Assembly (NCBI GenBank): GCA_965206845.1
Contig: OZ242221.1
Span: 960,001 to 1,024,000, forward strand
Source of the DNA: Cenarchaeum sp.
Lineage (GTDB): Archaea; Thermoproteota; Nitrososphaeria; Nitrososphaerales; Nitrosopumilaceae
Length of the DNA: 64,000 nucleotides
Direction of reading: 5' to 3'
Positions 59,014 to 64,000 of the stretch are shown here, piece after piece. Numbering within the stretch: position 1 is the first letter of the stretch; each line of letters starts with the position of its first letter. The position numbers and the translations under genes are program-made. The notes beneath the pieces were generated by a model. It searched no databases. It was not told the origin of the DNA and worked only from the letters and a program-made list of their open reading frames with translations.

Positions 59014-59751
59014 ATGATCTCTACCGGACTCGAGGAGGTTGACAGGGTTCTACAGGGGGGGCTGAGGGGCGGAATCGTCGACGTCTACGGAGCCCCGGCC
59101 ACGGGCAAGACCCAGCTGGCCCTCCAGGTGGCAAAGAACTGCATCTCGTCTGGGGGCACGGTTCTCTTTCAGGACACGACGGGAGAGTTCCGGCCCGAGA
59201 GGCTGCTTGAGATGCTTGATGCCGGCGGCTTGGATCACGGCCTGCTGGAGAGTGTGGCCGTATCGCGGGTCACCAACTCCGTAGAGCAGCAGAGGGCGCT
59301 TGAGATCATGGATCCGGCGGACTACTCCCTGCTGATAATCGACGACATCACGGATCTGTTCTCGTTTGACTACTTTAGAGGCCCGCAGGTGGTCGAGAAG
59401 AACCGCCTCTTCGTGAGGTATATGATGAGGCTCTCCCGCCTGTCACTGGAGAACGACCTGTCGCTCCTGGTCACAAACACCGTCCGAAGCATAAAATTTC
59501 AGGAGCAGGAGACCATGGCAAGGGCCATGGACCTGTTTACGCACGTAAAGATACACCTGTCAGCAGACGTCCAGGATCGCAGAACCGGGGACGGGCCCCG
59601 CTACATACCGAAGACTGCGCGCCGCGGCACGGTCATGCTTCCGTGGGTGCGCTCGGAGTTCTGCTACAACATATCTGCAGCGGGACTGGAGCACGATGCG
59701 CGTCCTGCCGGGGATCATATCGACCCGCCGGGATCTACCGGCGTTCCTTGA
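59014..59751 (+). CDS. RecA/RadA-paralogue ATPase (RadB-like)
   Basis: ISTG...VD..L.GG, GAPATGKT, DTTGEFRPER, IIDD, LVTN. Confidence 0.82.
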   Translation: MISTGLEEVDRVLQGGLRGGIVDVYGAPATGKTQLALQVAKNCISSGGTVLFQDTTGEFRPERLLEMLDAGGLDHGLLESVAVSRVTNSVEQQRALEIMDPADYSLLIIDDITDLFSFDYFRGPQVVEKNRLFVRYMMRLSRLSLENDLSLLVTNTVRSIKFQEQETMARAMDLFTHVKIHLSADVQDRRTGDGPRYIPKTARRGTVMLPWVRSEFCYNISAAGLEHDARPAGDHIDPPGSTGVP

Positions 59752-60466
59752 TTCGGGCGCGGCCAGTCTTGCGTGCCGCAATGCTTCCCACCTTGGCTCC
59801 CGGCGGCGCGTTCCGTGACACGGTGGAGCTCTGGCCCACATGCTGGTGCCTGCCGCCCCCGTGCGGATGGACGTATGCCGCCTGGGCAACACCGCGCACA
59901 ATGGGGTACTTTCTTCCCCTGGAGCGAAACTTTCTCCACTTGTTGCCGGCGCTCATCAGTGGCCTCTCGCCGGCACCACCGCCGGCCAGCGTGCCGATCA
60001 TGGCGCGGTTCCTTGGCTTTAGCGTGGTAAGGCGGCCTGACGGGAGCCTCAGCATGACACCCTCGTCCTCGTGGGAGAAGACGGTTGCGCTGGTACCTGC
60101 GGACTTGACTATCGTGCCGCCATCAAGATAATGCTTCTCCACGTTGCACACCACGGTGCCGTCTGGAATGTTCTGAACGCTGATTACGTTTCCTTTTTGA
60201 ATCTCTGACTTTAGTCCAAAGTTTATCGAAGAGCCCACGGCGGTTCCCAGGACTGCGGGGACAAAGGAGACCGTGCCATCCTCGAACCGGATCTTTGAGA
60301 GCGGCGCGTCGCGTCCCTGCTCATGAATCAGGTCGATCACCTCGCCCACGCGCTGCTCGCCCAGCGTAAACTTCGGATACCTGGCCTTGGCAACCTTTCC
60401 GGTGGCGTTTGCCCTGAACTGCATGCCTCCACGGCCACGTCGCCTGACCAGCGGTCTCTTGCCCAT
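59735..60466 (-). CDS. rpl2: 50S ribosomal protein L2
   Basis: MGKR...RRRGRG, VRGVAQ...HPHGGG.HQH, PPGAKVGSIAARKTG. Confidence 0.97.
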   Translation of the reverse strand: MGKRPLVRRRGRGGMQFRANATGKVAKARYPKFTLGEQRVGEVIDLIHEQGRDAPLSKIRFEDGTVSFVPAVLGTAVGSSINFGLKSEIQKGNVISVQNIPDGTVVCNVEKHYLDGGTIVKSAGTSATVFSHEDEGVMLRLPSGRLTTLKPRNRAMIGTLAGGGAGERPLMSAGNKWRKFRSRGRKYPIVRGVAQAAYVHPHGGGRHQHVGQSSTVSRNAPPGAKVGSIAARKTGRARIKERR

Positions 60467-60845
60467 CTAGCCAACACGCCTTGGGATAGAGATTTTAAGC
60501 TTGTGATCTACCGGGTCTTGCCCAAAAATTCTCCAAAAATCCGCATAACTGGGCCTGTCAGGGGCCGCCGGACGTGGCAGTGGCGGACTTGACCAAACGC
60601 GAGGCCCACCCGGCAACCGGTAGAATGCGCAGTCCGAGGCACGCTAGTGTCGTCACAGATCTCGATATGCACCAGCATGGCGTCCCGCATGGGGGCAAGC
60701 CGCTTTCCGGGCCACAGGTTATTCGGTTTGTACATACTCAGATCCCGCTCGATGCTAGGCATGGTTTTGCATAGTGTCGCGTATTTTTGTGCCTAGACAA
60801 ACTGCCGACCTAAGCATATACATTCGGTTTTTCATAAAGGTATAA

Positions 60846-63056
<2,211 letters not shown>

Positions 63057-63356
63057 CTGAGCACTCCTGATAACGTATGGCCAAGACAGCCCGTCTGTCA
63101 CTCCTACCGCAAAATGCCGCATCCTGCCGGATCTCTGCTGTGTGGCGCGTGGATCCTGGCGAACCGCTTCATTGAGAAGAGCGGCCCGGCCCAAGGAAAG
63201 GCAGGAGACGGCCCTCTCTGGGCTCAAGAAGTTCCTTGTGGAGCCCTTGGCCGGATCCGCCCTGGTATGGGCGCCCGCCAAAGAAACGCCCACCGGACGC
63301 TCAATGCCGTATAATTTCTCTTTATGTTTATTAACTCACCAGTTTAAGAAAAATTG

Positions 63357-64000
63357 TTGGAGTACAAGATTCCAAGCGTGTTTGCTCTTGCAGTAATTGT
63401 AGCTAGCACCATGGGTGTCGGCGCGTATGCGCAGGACGGCGCCTCCGACTCTGGACTGTCCGGGGAGATCAGTCTTGGCCTGATCTCGCCGCTTACGGGT
63501 GACGTGGCCCAGTACGGGGAGGAGAACCTGGCTGCCACAGAGCTTGCCGTAGCTGACTTTAATGAGTATCTTGCCGGCAAGGATGCCGGCTGGTCAATTA
63601 GTGTGATAGTCGAGGACTCGGAGACGCTTCCCACAGCGGCGCTGGAAAGGCTGCAATCGCTGCACGCCAGGGACATAAGCGTCGTACTCGGGCCCTGGTC
63701 CAGCGCATCCCTGCAGAACGTAAAGGGATACGCCGATTCCAACGGGATGCTGCTCTTCAGCTGCTGCTCCACATCGCCGCTCATTGCCATCTCTGGAGAT
63801 TCCGTCTTTAGGATGTCGCCGGACGACTCCAAGCAGGGTACCGCAATAGGCAAGATCTTTGAGGATGCCGGGCTGGAAGTGATGGTGCCGGTGTGGCGCG
63901 AGGACGCATGGGGAGTGGGACTCCAGGATGCTTCACGGGGGTCGTTTGAGTCCCGGGGTGGCATAGTCGACGACGGACTGGGTTACAGCCCCGAGACCAG
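63357..64000 (+). CDS. ABC transporter substrate-binding protein, branched-chain amino acid type (partial)
   Basis: Own translation: signal peptide, ISLGLISPLTGDVAQYG, EDSET.P, VVLGPWSS, CCSTSPLIAI.GDSVFRMSPDD; runs off window. Confidence 0.85.
   Translation, partial: MEYKIPSVFALAVIVASTMGVGAYAQDGASDSGLSGEISLGLISPLTGDVAQYGEENLAATELAVADFNEYLAGKDAGWSISVIVEDSETLPTAALERLQSLHARDISVVLGPWSSASLQNVKGYADSNGMLLFSCCSTSPLIAISGDSVFRMSPDDSKQGTAIGKIFEDAGLEVMVPVWREDAWGVGLQDASRGSFESRGGIVDDGLGYSPET

Overview
GC-rich archaeal chromosome segment whose gene set and order point to an ammonia-oxidising archaeon (Nitrososphaerota, Nitrosopumilaceae-like). A host-associated, e.g. sponge-symbiont, lineage is only inferred from the high GC, the IS debris and the TPR remnant. 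The backbone is housekeeping: pelota, priS/priL, nfo, glyS, Rqc2/NFACT, cbiT/L/F, ESCRT-III, aconitase-X pair, nth, sat/cysH, GPN GTPase, thrB, queC/folE/queE, Rieske-cytochrome b-cupredoxin, ilvE, the heme-copper oxidase cluster, rpl2, cdc48, tRNA-Arg(TCT) and tRNA-Lys(CTT). Most notable: two complete elements (12386-14566, 32385-34254) and one truncated element (48018-48273). The complete ones carry only an enlarged TnpB-like RNA-guided nuclease gene with an intact RuvC D-E-D triad. They are bounded by 24-26 bp terminal inverted repeats (GGGAATTATATA...) and perfect 8-bp target-site duplications, i.e. DDE-type ends resembling the IS1595 family ISNwi1 group, not IS200/IS605/IS607 ends. Also present: an unassigned, highly structured ~248-nt ncRNA downstream of priS, a 140-bp MITE (3 copies) at truncation breakpoints of other elements, a 93-bp IS66-type MITE, a glutamate-racemase homologue with Ser in both catalytic Cys positions, and a SWIM + SNF2-DUF3883 pair. 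No CRISPR array was seen.
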